A DNA stretch of 64,000 nt from Candidatus Latescibacterota bacterium (lineage in GTDB: Bacteria; Latescibacterota; UBA2968; GCA-2709665). The position numbers were made by a program, and so were the translations under genes. The DNA lies in NCBI GenBank assembly GCA_965248435.1, contig OZ252100.1:4448001-4512000 (forward strand). The letters run 5' to 3'. Of the stretch, positions 20,434-30,035 are shown piece after piece. Position 1 is the first letter of the stretch; each line of letters starts with the position of its first letter. The notes beneath the pieces were generated by a model, which was not told where the DNA came from, did not search any database, and saw only the letters and a program-made list of their open reading frames with translations.

Positions 20434-21009
20434 GTGGGTGAGCCAGCTGATAAGCCATTCGAGGGGATCGCACCGGTTCTCGATCCCTTTTGGACCCTGC
20501 CGAATCTGATCAGCCTTGCACGGATTCTGCTTGTCGTTCCAGCAGTCTGGTTCGTGTGGCTGGGTGCCTTCACCCGATGGTGGGCCCTTGCGTGCGTCCT
20601 GTTGATGGCCGCGACCGACTTTCTGGACGGTCACCTGGCTCGGAAACGGGACGAGGCTACGCGATGGGGAAGAATCCTGGATCCCCTTGCGGACAAGATT
20701 GCGATCGGCACGATTGCGATCGCCCTTGTGGTTTCAAGGGGGCTTTCCCCCTGGCTGGCAGGTGCGATCGTCGGTCGAGACCTTGTCATTCTATTCGCCG
20801 GAATAATTGCGATCAAGAGGATCAGCGTTGTACCGGTTTCAAACTTCTGGGGTAAGCTCACGACTATGGTTATGTGTCTTCTGGGCATCATTTTTGTTAG
20901 CGACCTGGAGGTCTTGAAGATTCCGGTGACGGTTACCGCGGCGGCGGCTATCGCGGCGTCCTCTCTGAGCTATGTGATCGGGATCCTCAGAGGCCGATGT
21001 TGGAAGTGA
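20434..21009 (+). CDS. CDP-alcohol phosphatidyltransferase (PgsA-like)
   Basis: TLPNLISLAR, TDFLDGHLARKR...WGRILDPLADK signature; several TM helices. Confidence 0.92.
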   Translation: MGEPADKPFEGIAPVLDPFWTLPNLISLARILLVVPAVWFVWLGAFTRWWALACVLLMAATDFLDGHLARKRDEATRWGRILDPLADKIAIGTIAIALVVSRGLSPWLAGAIVGRDLVILFAGIIAIKRISVVPVSNFWGKLTTMVMCLLGIIFVSDLEVLKIPVTVTAAAAIAASSLSYVIGILRGRCWK

Positions 21010-21030
21010 CGCCACGAGGTTACCGATTCT

Positions 21031-21729
21031 GTGAAGAGGGCTGTGTTTGACATCAGCGTGATCATCCCCGTTTTCAACGAGGCCACTACCGTGAGCGCCT
21101 GTCTGGATCAGTTTCGCGGACTGGAAGGAACCGAAGTGGTGGTGGTAGACGGGGGCAGTACCGACCGGACGAAGGAGTTGGTGGAAACCAGCGAGGTCGC
21201 CAGATGGGTTTCCTCGCCGCAAACAGGCCGCGGGCCTCAGATGAATACGGGCGTGCAGTCTACTTCGGGGGATGTTCTACTTTTTCTTCACGCCGATACA
21301 TCTTTGCCTGATGGGTGGCGCAGAATGATCCTGGACTCCCTGAGTGATCCTGAGGTCGTCGGGGGCCGATTCCGTCTTGGGCTTACAGAAGATTCATTGT
21401 CCTACAGACTGATTGCGACCGCCAGTACCTTGAGGTCCCGATACCTGAGGATCACATACGGAGATCAGGGAATCTACGTGCGGCGCTCTGTATTCGAACA
21501 CGTCGGAGGATTTCCACCGGTTCAGATCTTCGAGGATTCAGAATTCTGTTCGAGGGTCTCGAAGATGGGACGCTTCGTGATGCTGAACGCTCGCGTGCGA
21601 AGCTCCACGCGGCGCTGGAGAAGGTGGGGCGTGTTTCGCACGGTGATCTGGATGTGGCTGTTTCGCGTGCTCTACCTTTGTTCGGTTTCCGACGCTCGGC
21701 TCAGCCGATGGTACAGAGACGTAAGATAA
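21031..21729 (+). CDS. GT2 glycosyltransferase, TIGR04283-like
   Basis: ISVIIPVFNE, VVDGGSTD, GRGPQMNTG, LLFLHADT, YGDQG, EDSEF, SSTRRW. Confidence 0.85.
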   Translation: MKRAVFDISVIIPVFNEATTVSACLDQFRGLEGTEVVVVDGGSTDRTKELVETSEVARWVSSPQTGRGPQMNTGVQSTSGDVLLFLHADTSLPDGWRRMILDSLSDPEVVGGRFRLGLTEDSLSYRLIATASTLRSRYLRITYGDQGIYVRRSVFEHVGGFPPVQIFEDSEFCSRVSKMGRFVMLNARVRSSTRRWRRWGVFRTVIWMWLFRVLYLCSVSDARLSRWYRDVR

Positions 21730-21787
21730 GACACGGGGTGTTCTTTCGATGAGTGGGCCTTTCGAACGAGAGGGTTCCGGACCCGAG

Positions 21788-22168
21788 ATGAGCGTGAAAA
21801 AGTACTTTACACCGAAAGAGGCAACTCAAACGCTTCCGCTGGTAAAGAAAATCGTCAGCGATATTCAGGAAACCGGTCACCGCTTCAGGGAAAGAATAGA
21901 GGAGCTTGGCACGGAGGCCTCTGAAGACCCGGAAGTGAAGCGCATGGCTGATGAACTTGACGATCTCCTACAGGAGCTCGAGGACCTGGGATGCACCTAC
22001 AAAGACCCGAGTTTCTCGAAGGGGCTCGTGGACTTTCCCGCGATCATCGATGACGAGGAAGTCTTGCTCTGCTGGCAGAGCGATGAAGCGGAGATCACAT
22101 ATTACCACTCGCCAGAGGCTGGATTTCCGGGACGAAAGCCTATTCCTAAAGCACACTTCGAGCCGTAG
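21788..22168 (+). CDS. DUF2203-like protein
   Basis: KYFTPKEATQTLPLV, KD...GLVDFPA...VLLCW...I.YYH...GF.GRKPI. Confidence 0.8.
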   Translation: MSVKKYFTPKEATQTLPLVKKIVSDIQETGHRFRERIEELGTEASEDPEVKRMADELDDLLQELEDLGCTYKDPSFSKGLVDFPAIIDDEEVLLCWQSDEAEITYYHSPEAGFPGRKPIPKAHFEP

Positions 22169-22192
22169 AGACGACTTTCCGGACGTCTCTAC
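22165..22192. repeat. GTAG-type REP palindrome overlapping a stop codon
   Basis: GTAGAGACG-ACTTTCCGGA-CGTCTCTAC; the TAG at 22166-22168 ends the upstream gene. Confidence 0.8.
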
Positions 22193-22222
22193 AGTGATTT
22201 TCACCTGTAGCCGATCGTTCCC

Positions 22223-23299
22223 ATGCCGAAGATCCTGGTTGCAAACTCGGATGAAGGTGCCCAGAAGAAATTTGTCGAGGCGTTGACTTCTGATGGGCAC
22301 ACCTTTTCACTTTGCTCGAACGGCGAGTCTGTTCGCAAAGCGATCTCTGGGGGGGCCCCCGACCTTGTGATTCTGGATGTGGACCTGCCTGACCTGGATG
22401 TCTTTGAGATGGTGGAGATTTTGGGGGACACAACGTCCGGAAAAGGGATTCCCATCATCGTGGTCGAGTCAGACGCGAGCGAACCACTGGATCAAGTTCA
22501 ATCCGGACATTCCAGGTTCACCTGGATGGGCATGTCGACTGGTCCGGAGGATCTTCGTAATATCATTAGGGCGAAGCTTTCCGGGATGAATGAGGGTGGC
22601 CAGGGCAAGATCCTCGTAGTGGACGACGATTCGAATATCCGGAATGCACTCACCCATAGGCTCAAGCGGGAAGGGTATGATACAAGGATGGCCCACGACG
22701 GACTGGAAGGCCTGGAGGCCCTGGAAGACGGCCCCGACCTCGTGCTGCTGGACGTCGCGATGCCGAACCTGGACGGATTCGGGTTTCTGGAGAGGATGAG
22801 AGAGGAGTCACGCTTCAGAGAGATTCCAGTGATTGTTATGACGGCCCACGCCCACGACGCAGATGAGGTAGCCCGGGGGCTTTCGCTGGGGGCGAACGAC
22901 TACGTGCGGAAGCCTTTCGAGTGGACGGAACTGTTCGCCCGTGCCCGGACACAGCTCAGAATCCGGGAGCTCAACCGGCTTGTTGTGGAGAAACAGCGAG
23001 ACCTGGCAGTGATCGAACTGGCCGGGGCAGCCGCACACGAGATCAACAATCCGCTTGCCGTGGTGATGGCGCGGCTTGAGCTGATTCTTTCGCACATGAA
23101 AAAAGGCGACGAGATGTTCCGGCCGCTGAATCAGATCGACCAACTGGTTCGCCGTATTGCAATTGTGGTCGAAAAGATGGGGCAGGTTCGGAGTTATCAG
23201 GTGCGCAACTACTGTGGTGGGATCGACATTCTGGATCTGGAAGGCGCGTCGTCTCAAAGTGCGGAGCGCGGATCCAACCCAAATGAGCAAGGTGAATAG
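22223..23299 (+). CDS. Tandem receiver domains plus HisKA-like domain, no HATPase
   Basis: Degenerate REC1, canonical REC2 (VVDDD, LLDVAMP, MTA, RKPF), then AAAHEINNPL; ends without N/G1/G2 boxes. Confidence 0.85.
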   Translation: MPKILVANSDEGAQKKFVEALTSDGHTFSLCSNGESVRKAISGGAPDLVILDVDLPDLDVFEMVEILGDTTSGKGIPIIVVESDASEPLDQVQSGHSRFTWMGMSTGPEDLRNIIRAKLSGMNEGGQGKILVVDDDSNIRNALTHRLKREGYDTRMAHDGLEGLEALEDGPDLVLLDVAMPNLDGFGFLERMREESRFREIPVIVMTAHAHDADEVARGLSLGANDYVRKPFEWTELFARARTQLRIRELNRLVVEKQRDLAVIELAGAAAHEINNPLAVVMARLELILSHMKKGDEMFRPLNQIDQLVRRIAIVVEKMGQVRSYQVRNYCGGIDILDLEGASSQSAERGSNPNEQGE

Positions 23300-23319
23300 T
23301 TTATCAGGATGAGGGCAGG

Positions 23320-24306
23320 ATGAGCGGCACGGCGCTGCGTGGATTTGCGGCTGGTTCAGCGGATGAGTTCGTTCCCAACTACGTCAGACTCCACGAGTCG
23401 GGTGAGATCGAGAGAAGGGCGGAAGAATCTCTCGCCGGCCTGGCCTCCTGCAGGGTCTGCCCGTGGGACTGCGAAATCGATCGCTTGAAGGACGAGAAGA
23501 AAGTCTGCCGGACGGGCCGGTATGCCCGGGTTTCCAGCCACTTCCCACACTTCGGAGAGGAAGATTGTTTGCGTGGATGGAGAGGGAGCGGGACGATCTT
23601 CTTCGCCTGGTGTAACCTGAGGTGCGTTTTTTGTCAGAACTTCGACATCAGTCAGAAGGAAGCCGGTGTTGAGGTGACGCCCGAGCGACTTGCCGAGTTG
23701 ATGTTGGAACTTCAGGACACGGGCTGCCACAACATCAACTTCGTGACGCCCGAACACGTGGTCCCACAGATCCTGGAGGCGCTTCCGTATGCGATTCGCG
23801 GGGGGCTTCGCCTGCCGATCGTATACAATACGAGCGCTTTCGATTCACTGGAAAGCATTCGGCAGATGGACGGAATCGTGGATATCTACATGCCGGATTT
23901 CAAGTATTGGGATGAGGAGAAGGCCAGGCGATACGTCAAGTCACCCTGCTACCCGGAGGCGGCTCGGGCGGCCATCCGGGAGATGCACCGGCAGGTCGGG
24001 GACCTCACGGTGGACGAGCAGGGTCTGGCGCGCCGGGGCGTGCTGCTCCGGCACCTGGTGATGCCGGACGGTCTGGAGGAGACGAGGGAGATTATGCGGT
24101 TTGTTGCGACCGAAATTTCTCCGGATACTTATGTCAACATGATGGGACAGTACTATCCGGCTGGGAAGGTGAGCGAAGAAAAATACGAAGAGATCAACCG
24201 ACGGACGGACGGCCAAGAGATGTCCGAGGCCTTTCAGTTTGCCAGCGACGCGGGCCTGCATCGATTTGACGAGCGGAGGCAGCTTCAGGCCGTTTGGATG
24301 CGGTAG
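23320..24306 (+). CDS. Radical SAM protein, PflX-like
   Basis: CRVCPWDC, HFGEE...GSGTIFF, CNLRCVFCQN, HNINFVTP, DIYMPDFKY, LLRHLVMP. Confidence 0.9.
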   Translation: MSGTALRGFAAGSADEFVPNYVRLHESGEIERRAEESLAGLASCRVCPWDCEIDRLKDEKKVCRTGRYARVSSHFPHFGEEDCLRGWRGSGTIFFAWCNLRCVFCQNFDISQKEAGVEVTPERLAELMLELQDTGCHNINFVTPEHVVPQILEALPYAIRGGLRLPIVYNTSAFDSLESIRQMDGIVDIYMPDFKYWDEEKARRYVKSPCYPEAARAAIREMHRQVGDLTVDEQGLARRGVLLRHLVMPDGLEETREIMRFVATEISPDTYVNMMGQYYPAGKVSEEKYEEINRRTDGQEMSEAFQFASDAGLHRFDERRQLQAVWMR

Positions 24307-24329
24307 AGACGCCCCGTTGGAGTGTCTCT
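24303..24329. repeat. GTAG-type REP overlapping a stop codon
   Basis: GTAGAGACGC-CCCGTTGGA-GTGTCTCT; the TAG at 24304-24306 ends the radical SAM gene. Confidence 0.75.
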
Positions 24330-24344
24330 TTGTCCAATGCACAA

Positions 24345-24378
24345 GCGTAAGGGGCACGCGGCCGCGTGCCCCTTACGC
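24345..24378. repeat. Perfect 34-bp palindrome (REP variant)
   Basis: GCGTAAGGGGCACGCGG|CCGCGTGCCCCTTACGC. Confidence 0.85.
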
Positions 24379-24406
24379 GTTTTAGAGCCTCAAAGGAACT
24401 CCAGGC

Positions 24407-25417
24407 ATGAAGATTTGCGACGTAAAAGCAGTCCACCCGGAGGCGCCCGGCGCGCCTGCGGATTGGCGCAGCTCGCTCGGCCAAATCGCTGTCTCCGTCA
24501 GGGCTGATGACGGCACCGTGGGAATCGGCGTAGGCGGCGGGGGAGCGGCCGGTGTCCACGTCGTGAATGCCGTCTTGAGGGGAGTCCTGCTCCGCAAGGA
24601 TTCAGGCGACATCGAGGCCGCGTGGCAGGAGATGTATCGCGCGACGCTTCCATTCGGGCGGAAGGGGCTTGCGATTATGGCGATCAGCGGCGTCGACCTC
24701 GCGCTTTGGGACTTGAAGGGGAAGAGGGAGGGAAAGTCCATCGTGGAACTGCTTGGGGGGTCCCGGGAGGCCAGCGTCCCTGCCTACAAGACCGCGTGGT
24801 CTGCAGAGGACGCGATCCGTGGGGCGACAGAAGGGTTTCGGGCCATAAAGGTCCACGTAGGTTCTGTGCAATCGGTAGCGCAGGTGCGCGAGACGCGGAA
24901 GGCGGTCGGCCCCGAAATGGAGGTCATGGCGGATGCCTTCATGAAGTGGGATGTCGGGACGACGCTCCGGGCGGCTGAGCAGATGGCGGAATACGACCTC
25001 AAATGGCTGGAGGAGCCGCTGCCGCCGGATGACCTGGAAGGATATGCGAGGCTGAGAGATGAAACCGCGATCGACATCGCAGGAGGAGAGCACGAGTTCA
25101 CGGCTGAGGGGTTCAGGCCGTTGATCGAGCAGAGACTTCACGCCGTAGTTCAACCGGACGTGTGCTGGTGTGGCGGTCTGACGGAGCTGTTGAAGATCTA
25201 TGCGTTGGCCGAGAACTGCGGGGTTCGGGTCTGCCCGCACCGCGGCGCTGAGGTGTGGGCGCTGCACGCGATCGCCGCGGTCGATCCGGAACCCCTGGCC
25301 GAGTCTGGACGGCCGTGGATGACGTGGGTAGAGGGTGCACCGCAGATCCAAAATGGGGTGGTGCGGCTAAACGATGCACCGGGGTTTGGCGTGACGTTTG
25401 ATTCCGTTTCTACCTGA
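24407..25417 (+). CDS. Mandelate racemase/enolase-superfamily acid-sugar dehydratase (L-rhamnonate dehydratase-like)
   Basis: GRKGLAIMAISGVDLALWDLKGK; metal ligands MADAF, WLEEP, GGEHE; QPDVCWCGG, CPH. Confidence 0.85.
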   Translation: MKICDVKAVHPEAPGAPADWRSSLGQIAVSVRADDGTVGIGVGGGGAAGVHVVNAVLRGVLLRKDSGDIEAAWQEMYRATLPFGRKGLAIMAISGVDLALWDLKGKREGKSIVELLGGSREASVPAYKTAWSAEDAIRGATEGFRAIKVHVGSVQSVAQVRETRKAVGPEMEVMADAFMKWDVGTTLRAAEQMAEYDLKWLEEPLPPDDLEGYARLRDETAIDIAGGEHEFTAEGFRPLIEQRLHAVVQPDVCWCGGLTELLKIYALAENCGVRVCPHRGAEVWALHAIAAVDPEPLAESGRPWMTWVEGAPQIQNGVVRLNDAPGFGVTFDSVST

Positions 25418-25454
25418 GCAGCTTGCGTAGAACGCTGACCGGTAAACAAAACTC

Positions 25455-25485
25455 AGGCCCGGCGAATTTTCCGCCGGGCCTTTTT
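25455..25485 (+). terminator. Rho-independent terminator
   Basis: AGGCCCGGCG-AATTTTC-CGCCGGGCCT followed by TTTT. Confidence 0.8.
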
Positions 25486-25512
25486 CTTGATTTCGCGTTT
25501 TGGGCCTATGGG

Positions 25513-27474
25513 TTAAGCGCTGCGAGACTCGAGTGCTTCGCCCTCCGGAAAATGCTCCCGGAACTGTTGCTCAACTTCCTCGGGGGGGACCGGCCTGGAG
25601 AGTCCGACGTAGAACGCGAGATACCACATGACGAAGATCCCGAAAACGAGCATCAGGAGCTGCCAGACCCAAAGAGATGGCAGACCCAACGGGGCCCAGG
25701 TTGCGGGCTGGTTGGGGTCCGAGAACAGCGTGTTACCGATTACGGCAAACGGGCCGAATCCGAACGCGAACCAGACGACGGTGAGCAGCCAGGCCCAGGG
25801 GACGTGCTTTCGGCGATCTTCAGGAACTCCGGATACGGTCTGGAGGAACCTGTGGCGCTTTTCCTTTGTTGCCTGTCTCTCACCGGACTCTGGAGAGGTC
25901 AGAGAAACGGCGACTGTGACGAGGAGATTAACGAGCATTCCCCAGCCTGCGCTGTGGATCGTGAGGGGATATCGGCCCCACGGCAAGTCCCCGACAGAAA
26001 TGGCCAGGAAATCTGGCAGGAAGAGGTTGAGGAGGTCAGGCAGCGCCTCGATGGGCCGGTCGGTGATGGTGACCGCGACAAGACCGGAGATCAGCCCCCA
26101 TACCACGCCCTTCCCTGTGAGTTTTGGGAAATAGCAGACCCCCATCAAGGCCGGGTACATCTGGAAACCATACGCGACGGCCAAGCCGCCCAGCATCACG
26201 ATGGCCCCGGTAAACTGCGCAGCGACGAACAGCGCGGCGATAGTGACGACAATAACGAAGATACGGCCGCAGAGTTTTTGGACTCGGTCCGACGCCTCCG
26301 GGGAGACGTATTTCCGGTAGATATCCCGTGTTACCATGCCGCTAAATGTGGACATGTAGGCGGCACCCGTGCTCTGCATGGCGGCCAGCGCGCAGACGGC
26401 TAGGAGACCGACGAGCCACGGGGCCGTGTCGGTCAAAAGATTGATCAGCTGAGGGACGAGGTTCTTGTCCGTGACGTCGTGAATGATGCCCCTGGCTGCC
26501 AGGATGTTGCCGCCGATTCCCTGAAAGATGGTAAACGTAAAGAGGATGATTCCGATCACGACCGAGGAGGCGACCACCTGCTGCCATCGAAAGGGTCGGC
26601 TTGTGCGGTTGGCGTAGGCCCACATGGAGAAGGCTGGCGAGGACTGGATCCCCATCAGGGCGAACATGTAGGTCAGACACATAACCCCCGTCCACGAGCT
26701 GCCAACGGCTTGACTCTTGGCTGAGACGGTCTGGATTGCCCCCGGCAAGGCGACGATGCTGGAGTGTCCGGCGGGTGTGATTCGGGTGTTCGAATCGAGC
26801 GCCCCCTTCACATATTTCGCCATCCCTTCTGTAAAGCCGGACCATCCACCTAAAAAGTGAATGGCAACAAATCCAAGGATGGTGATGCCGAGGGCGAGGA
26901 GAATGCACTGGGCGCAGTCCACGTAGGCGACGGAACGGAGCCCTCCTGACGCGACGTAGATCATGACGATGGCCGACAGCGCAAACATGCCGACCTCGAC
27001 GCTGACCAGGCCGTCGGTGAGGGTGTGGAAGAGGTCGCCCGAGGCTCTGAGCTGGACGCCCAGGTAGGGGACGCTGAAGAGAAACGCGACGAGTACCGTG
27101 AGGAGGCGTATGCCGTTTCCCCCGTAGTAGTCGCTGTACATTTCACCCGGAGTGATGTACTTGAAAGCCCGTCCCAGAATCCATTGCCTCCTGAGGAAGA
27201 GCACACCGGTGAACGGGATGGTTATGGCGTAGAAGGAAGCGAAGGCATAGGGCAGTCCGTCGACGAGGATCAGCCCGGGGTGGCCAATGAAGGTCCAGCC
27301 ACTGAAACTTGTAGCGGTGGCGGCCAGGACGAAGACCCAGACGCCGATCGAGCGTCCGGCCACGAAGTAGTCCGCGGAGGTACGAGATTTCTGTGCGCCC
27401 TTGATGCCCCAGAAAAGACAGTAGGCCCAGTAGAGACCGACGAAGATCAAGAGCCAGATAAGTTTTTCGCTCAC
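25513..27474 (-). CDS. Sodium:solute symporter family protein
   Basis: DYFVAGRSIG, ATSFSGWTFIGHPG, GGLRSVAYVD, AAMQST; more than 13 TM helices. Confidence 0.92.
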   Translation of the reverse strand: MSEKLIWLLIFVGLYWAYCLFWGIKGAQKSRTSADYFVAGRSIGVWVFVLAATATSFSGWTFIGHPGLILVDGLPYAFASFYAITIPFTGVLFLRRQWILGRAFKYITPGEMYSDYYGGNGIRLLTVLVAFLFSVPYLGVQLRASGDLFHTLTDGLVSVEVGMFALSAIVMIYVASGGLRSVAYVDCAQCILLALGITILGFVAIHFLGGWSGFTEGMAKYVKGALDSNTRITPAGHSSIVALPGAIQTVSAKSQAVGSSWTGVMCLTYMFALMGIQSSPAFSMWAYANRTSRPFRWQQVVASSVVIGIILFTFTIFQGIGGNILAARGIIHDVTDKNLVPQLINLLTDTAPWLVGLLAVCALAAMQSTGAAYMSTFSGMVTRDIYRKYVSPEASDRVQKLCGRIFVIVVTIAALFVAAQFTGAIVMLGGLAVAYGFQMYPALMGVCYFPKLTGKGVVWGLISGLVAVTITDRPIEALPDLLNLFLPDFLAISVGDLPWGRYPLTIHSAGWGMLVNLLVTVAVSLTSPESGERQATKEKRHRFLQTVSGVPEDRRKHVPWAWLLTVVWFAFGFGPFAVIGNTLFSDPNQPATWAPLGLPSLWVWQLLMLVFGIFVMWYLAFYVGLSRPVPPEEVEQQFREHFPEGEALESRSA

Positions 27475-27494
27475 AGAAATCCTCCGTCAAGAAT

Positions 27495-27519
27495 GAGACG
27501 CCTGCCGGGTTGTCTCTAC
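27495..27519 (-). repeat. GTAG-type REP between the transhydrogenase and symporter genes
   Basis: Reverse strand GTAGAGACAACCCGGCAGGCGTCTC. Confidence 0.7.
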
Positions 27520-27522
27520 GGC

Positions 27523-28806
27523 CTACCAAATGGCCATCGAATCGCTGAACAGGGAGGTCAGATCTTCTTCGTCCGCGGGCCGCGGCGACAGTTTGGTCAC
27601 TCGATGCTGGGGCAGCGTGCCTTCTACCAAATCGGGAATGTCCTCTGGTGTGAAGCCGATTGCCGAGAGGCCGTTCGGTAGCTCGAGCTTCTTCATAAGA
27701 GAGATGATCTGGTCGGCCAGGAAATGGCCCGCCTCTGCTTGGACATTCGCGACGTTTGAGGGATCTCCGCCGAGTCTCGCAGCCGCCTGCAGGTGGCGGT
27801 CAGGGTCGGCCGGGCCCGTGAACCGGAAGACAGCCGGAGCGGTGAGGACGACGGACGTGCCGTGAGGTACGATGGGGTGATCCGTCACGAGTCCATCGGG
27901 ACGGTAGTCGCGCACCATACCGGAGACGGGGTAGGACATGCCATGGCAGAGATGTACGCCGGCGTTGCCGAATCCTATGCCTGCGAGACTTGCTGCGAGG
28001 AGCATCTGGCTACGTGCCTCGTCGTCGCTCGGGTCTGCGACGGCGCGCACGATGTAGTTGGCCACGAGATCGACCGCACGGAGGGACCAGAGATCACTGA
28101 TCGGATTGGCGCCCTGATAGGCGGGCCTGAATTTAGGCCGATCAGGCAGGGGACGCTGGTCGAACGGGATGGCCGTAAAGGACTCGAGGGCATGGCACAG
28201 GACATCCAGCCCTGTGGATGCGGCCACGACAGGGGGCATGGTTATTGTGTTTTCCGGATCGACAATGCCCAGGGTAGGTCTGAGCAGTCGATGTGCAATG
28301 CCGGTCTTTGCGTGTTGGTCCACCAGGTCGAAAATTGCCACGCCGGTCGTTTCGCTGCCCGTGCCTGCGGTGGTCGGGACGGCGATGAGCGGTTTTAGCG
28401 GGCCCGGTGGGGGTTTACCCTCACCGATCGGAGCGTTTATATAGGCGAAGAAATCGTCTGGGTAGGTGGCATAGAGGTTTGCGGCCTTCGCTGTATCTAT
28501 TGAGGATCCGCCGCCAACGGCGACGAACCCATCGAACTCTCCCTCTGTTGCGAAGGAGATTGCTTCTTTGAATGAGGCGTCTGTCGGCTCGACGCGAACA
28601 CGGTCGAAGCATGCAAAGTCCACGCCCTCGCGGCGAAGGGATTCCAGCACGGTTTCGACCGGCGGCAGCTGAGCGAGATTCGGATCGGTCAGGACCATCA
28701 CCCGTTTGATGCCCAAATCTGCAAGGTCCATCCCGATTTCGCGCGTAACCCCGTTGCCGAATCGGAGGTTTGAGGTGCTCATCTCGAAGGCGTTGTCTCT
28801 ATCCAT
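27523..28806 (-). CDS. Hydroxyacid-oxoacid transhydrogenase (iron-containing ADH family, ADHFE1-like)
   Basis: RVEPTDASF, GGGSSIDTAK, PTTAGTGSETT, RPAYQGANPISD, GNAGVHLCHGMSYP, VPHG, TLPQHRVTKLSP. Confidence 0.9.
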   Translation of the reverse strand: MDRDNAFEMSTSNLRFGNGVTREIGMDLADLGIKRVMVLTDPNLAQLPPVETVLESLRREGVDFACFDRVRVEPTDASFKEAISFATEGEFDGFVAVGGGSSIDTAKAANLYATYPDDFFAYINAPIGEGKPPPGPLKPLIAVPTTAGTGSETTGVAIFDLVDQHAKTGIAHRLLRPTLGIVDPENTITMPPVVAASTGLDVLCHALESFTAIPFDQRPLPDRPKFRPAYQGANPISDLWSLRAVDLVANYIVRAVADPSDDEARSQMLLAASLAGIGFGNAGVHLCHGMSYPVSGMVRDYRPDGLVTDHPIVPHGTSVVLTAPAVFRFTGPADPDRHLQAAARLGGDPSNVANVQAEAGHFLADQIISLMKKLELPNGLSAIGFTPEDIPDLVEGTLPQHRVTKLSPRPADEEDLTSLFSDSMAIW

Positions 28807-28884
28807 TTATGAATTTGTCTCGAGTTTAGGCTTTCAAGCTGAAGCAAAGATCATATGCGGCGTTGGCAGCAGATTTGATTTGAA

Positions 28885-28905
28885 CTCGAAACTAGAAACT
28901 AGAAA
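28885..28905. repeat. Short heptamer tandem repeat
   Basis: CTCGAAA CTAGAAA CTAGAAA. Confidence 0.5.
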
Positions 28906-29016
28906 CCTGAGGTGCTTCGTCAAGTGAAATCTTCGAGAACGAACTGTTCCCGCTCAAGCGTTTCGCACGAGGTGAATTGCGATCGAGAGGGACAACATTC
29001 ATCGGGGAAATGGGCC

Positions 29017-29045
29017 TTGACAACCCCAGAGGGGATATCTATACT
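29017..29045 (+). promoter_or_regulatory. Near-consensus sigma70 promoter for the TPR-fliL-eno cluster
   Basis: TTGACA-17bp-TATACT, 30 bp before ATG 29076. Confidence 0.7.
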
Positions 29046-29075
29046 ATCCGATATGCTGCGTAAAGGGCCATATCT

Positions 29076-30029
29076 ATGAGATTTACAAGGATATTAGTCT
29101 ATCTTTTGTCTTGCTCGGCGTGCGCTTGCGCAGACCGAAACGCCTACCGCCTTTTGGACGGTGCGTTTGCCTACGAACAGGCCGGAGATCCAGACGCCGC
29201 GCTTGAAGCGTTCAGGGGTGCAGTTGAGGTTCAACCCGACGATCCCTTCCTCCGCCGGATTCTTGGACGCGCTCTTCTACAGCGCGAGATGTACGAAGCG
29301 GCCGTGAGCGAATTGGAGACGGTTCTCGTCGCAGAGCCCCACTATCTCGAGGCCTATCAAGATCTCGCGTACGCATTGAGCGCACAGGGGATGCCGGAGG
29401 CAGGCATGGGGTGGCTAGAGCGCGCCGTTCGCGAGGTGGGCGCCTATCTACCGATTCAAAGACAGTTGGTTGATCTCTATCTGGCACACGATCGGTCCGA
29501 AGAGGCGATGGCTCTCCTGACAGACGCCGTGGAACGCTGGCCTGATGAGACGTGGGCACATTTCCTGTTAGGCAAACTGTATCAGCAGCTGGACATGGTC
29601 GAGAAGGCGGAGGCCGCTTTTAGAAGGTCCGTAAAGATCGAGCCGGACCTGGGGGTGGCCTATGCTTCGCTGGGAAATCTGCTTTACGAGCAACGCCGCT
29701 ACAGTGATGCGATTCAGGCTTACACAGAGGCCATATCTATCAACACTCGAGATCATGCCAGCCTCAACAACCTTGCCTGGGTCTATGCCACGGAGGGGAC
29801 GAAACTGGAAATGGCAGAGCGTCTGTCTCGTCGCTCGCTCAGACTGGTGCCCGATTCTCCCACCTATCTGGACACGCTAGCTGAAATCTACTTCAGAGCA
29901 GGAGAAAGGGAACTCGCGACCCAATTTGTCCGGCAGGCGATTGCCCTGAAGCCCGACGACCCCGAGTTGATGGAGCATCTTCGAAGGCAACTGAAGAGGT
30001 TTACCGCTCCAAATCACGGAAAGGTGTGA
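29076..30029 (+). CDS. TPR-repeat protein, probable lipoprotein
   Basis: Cys-containing signal peptide; repeated TPR units; LNNLAWVYA...YLDTLAEIYF. Confidence 0.88.
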   Translation: MRFTRILVYLLSCSACACADRNAYRLLDGAFAYEQAGDPDAALEAFRGAVEVQPDDPFLRRILGRALLQREMYEAAVSELETVLVAEPHYLEAYQDLAYALSAQGMPEAGMGWLERAVREVGAYLPIQRQLVDLYLAHDRSEEAMALLTDAVERWPDETWAHFLLGKLYQQLDMVEKAEAAFRRSVKIEPDLGVAYASLGNLLYEQRRYSDAIQAYTEAISINTRDHASLNNLAWVYATEGTKLEMAERLSRRSLRLVPDSPTYLDTLAEIYFRAGERELATQFVRQAIALKPDDPELMEHLRRQLKRFTAPNHGKV

Positions 30030-30035
30030 TGAAAC

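Noticed and set aside
21031-21729. Arsenosugar biosynthesis cluster suggested by the TIGR04283-like glycosyltransferase and nearby radical SAM gene
   Set aside because: The radical SAM protein is PflX-like rather than ArsS-like, and no arsM or partner glycosyltransferase is present.
25423-26403. 326-aa plus-strand ORF
   Set aside because: Antisense shadow of the SSS transporter with no recognisable motifs.
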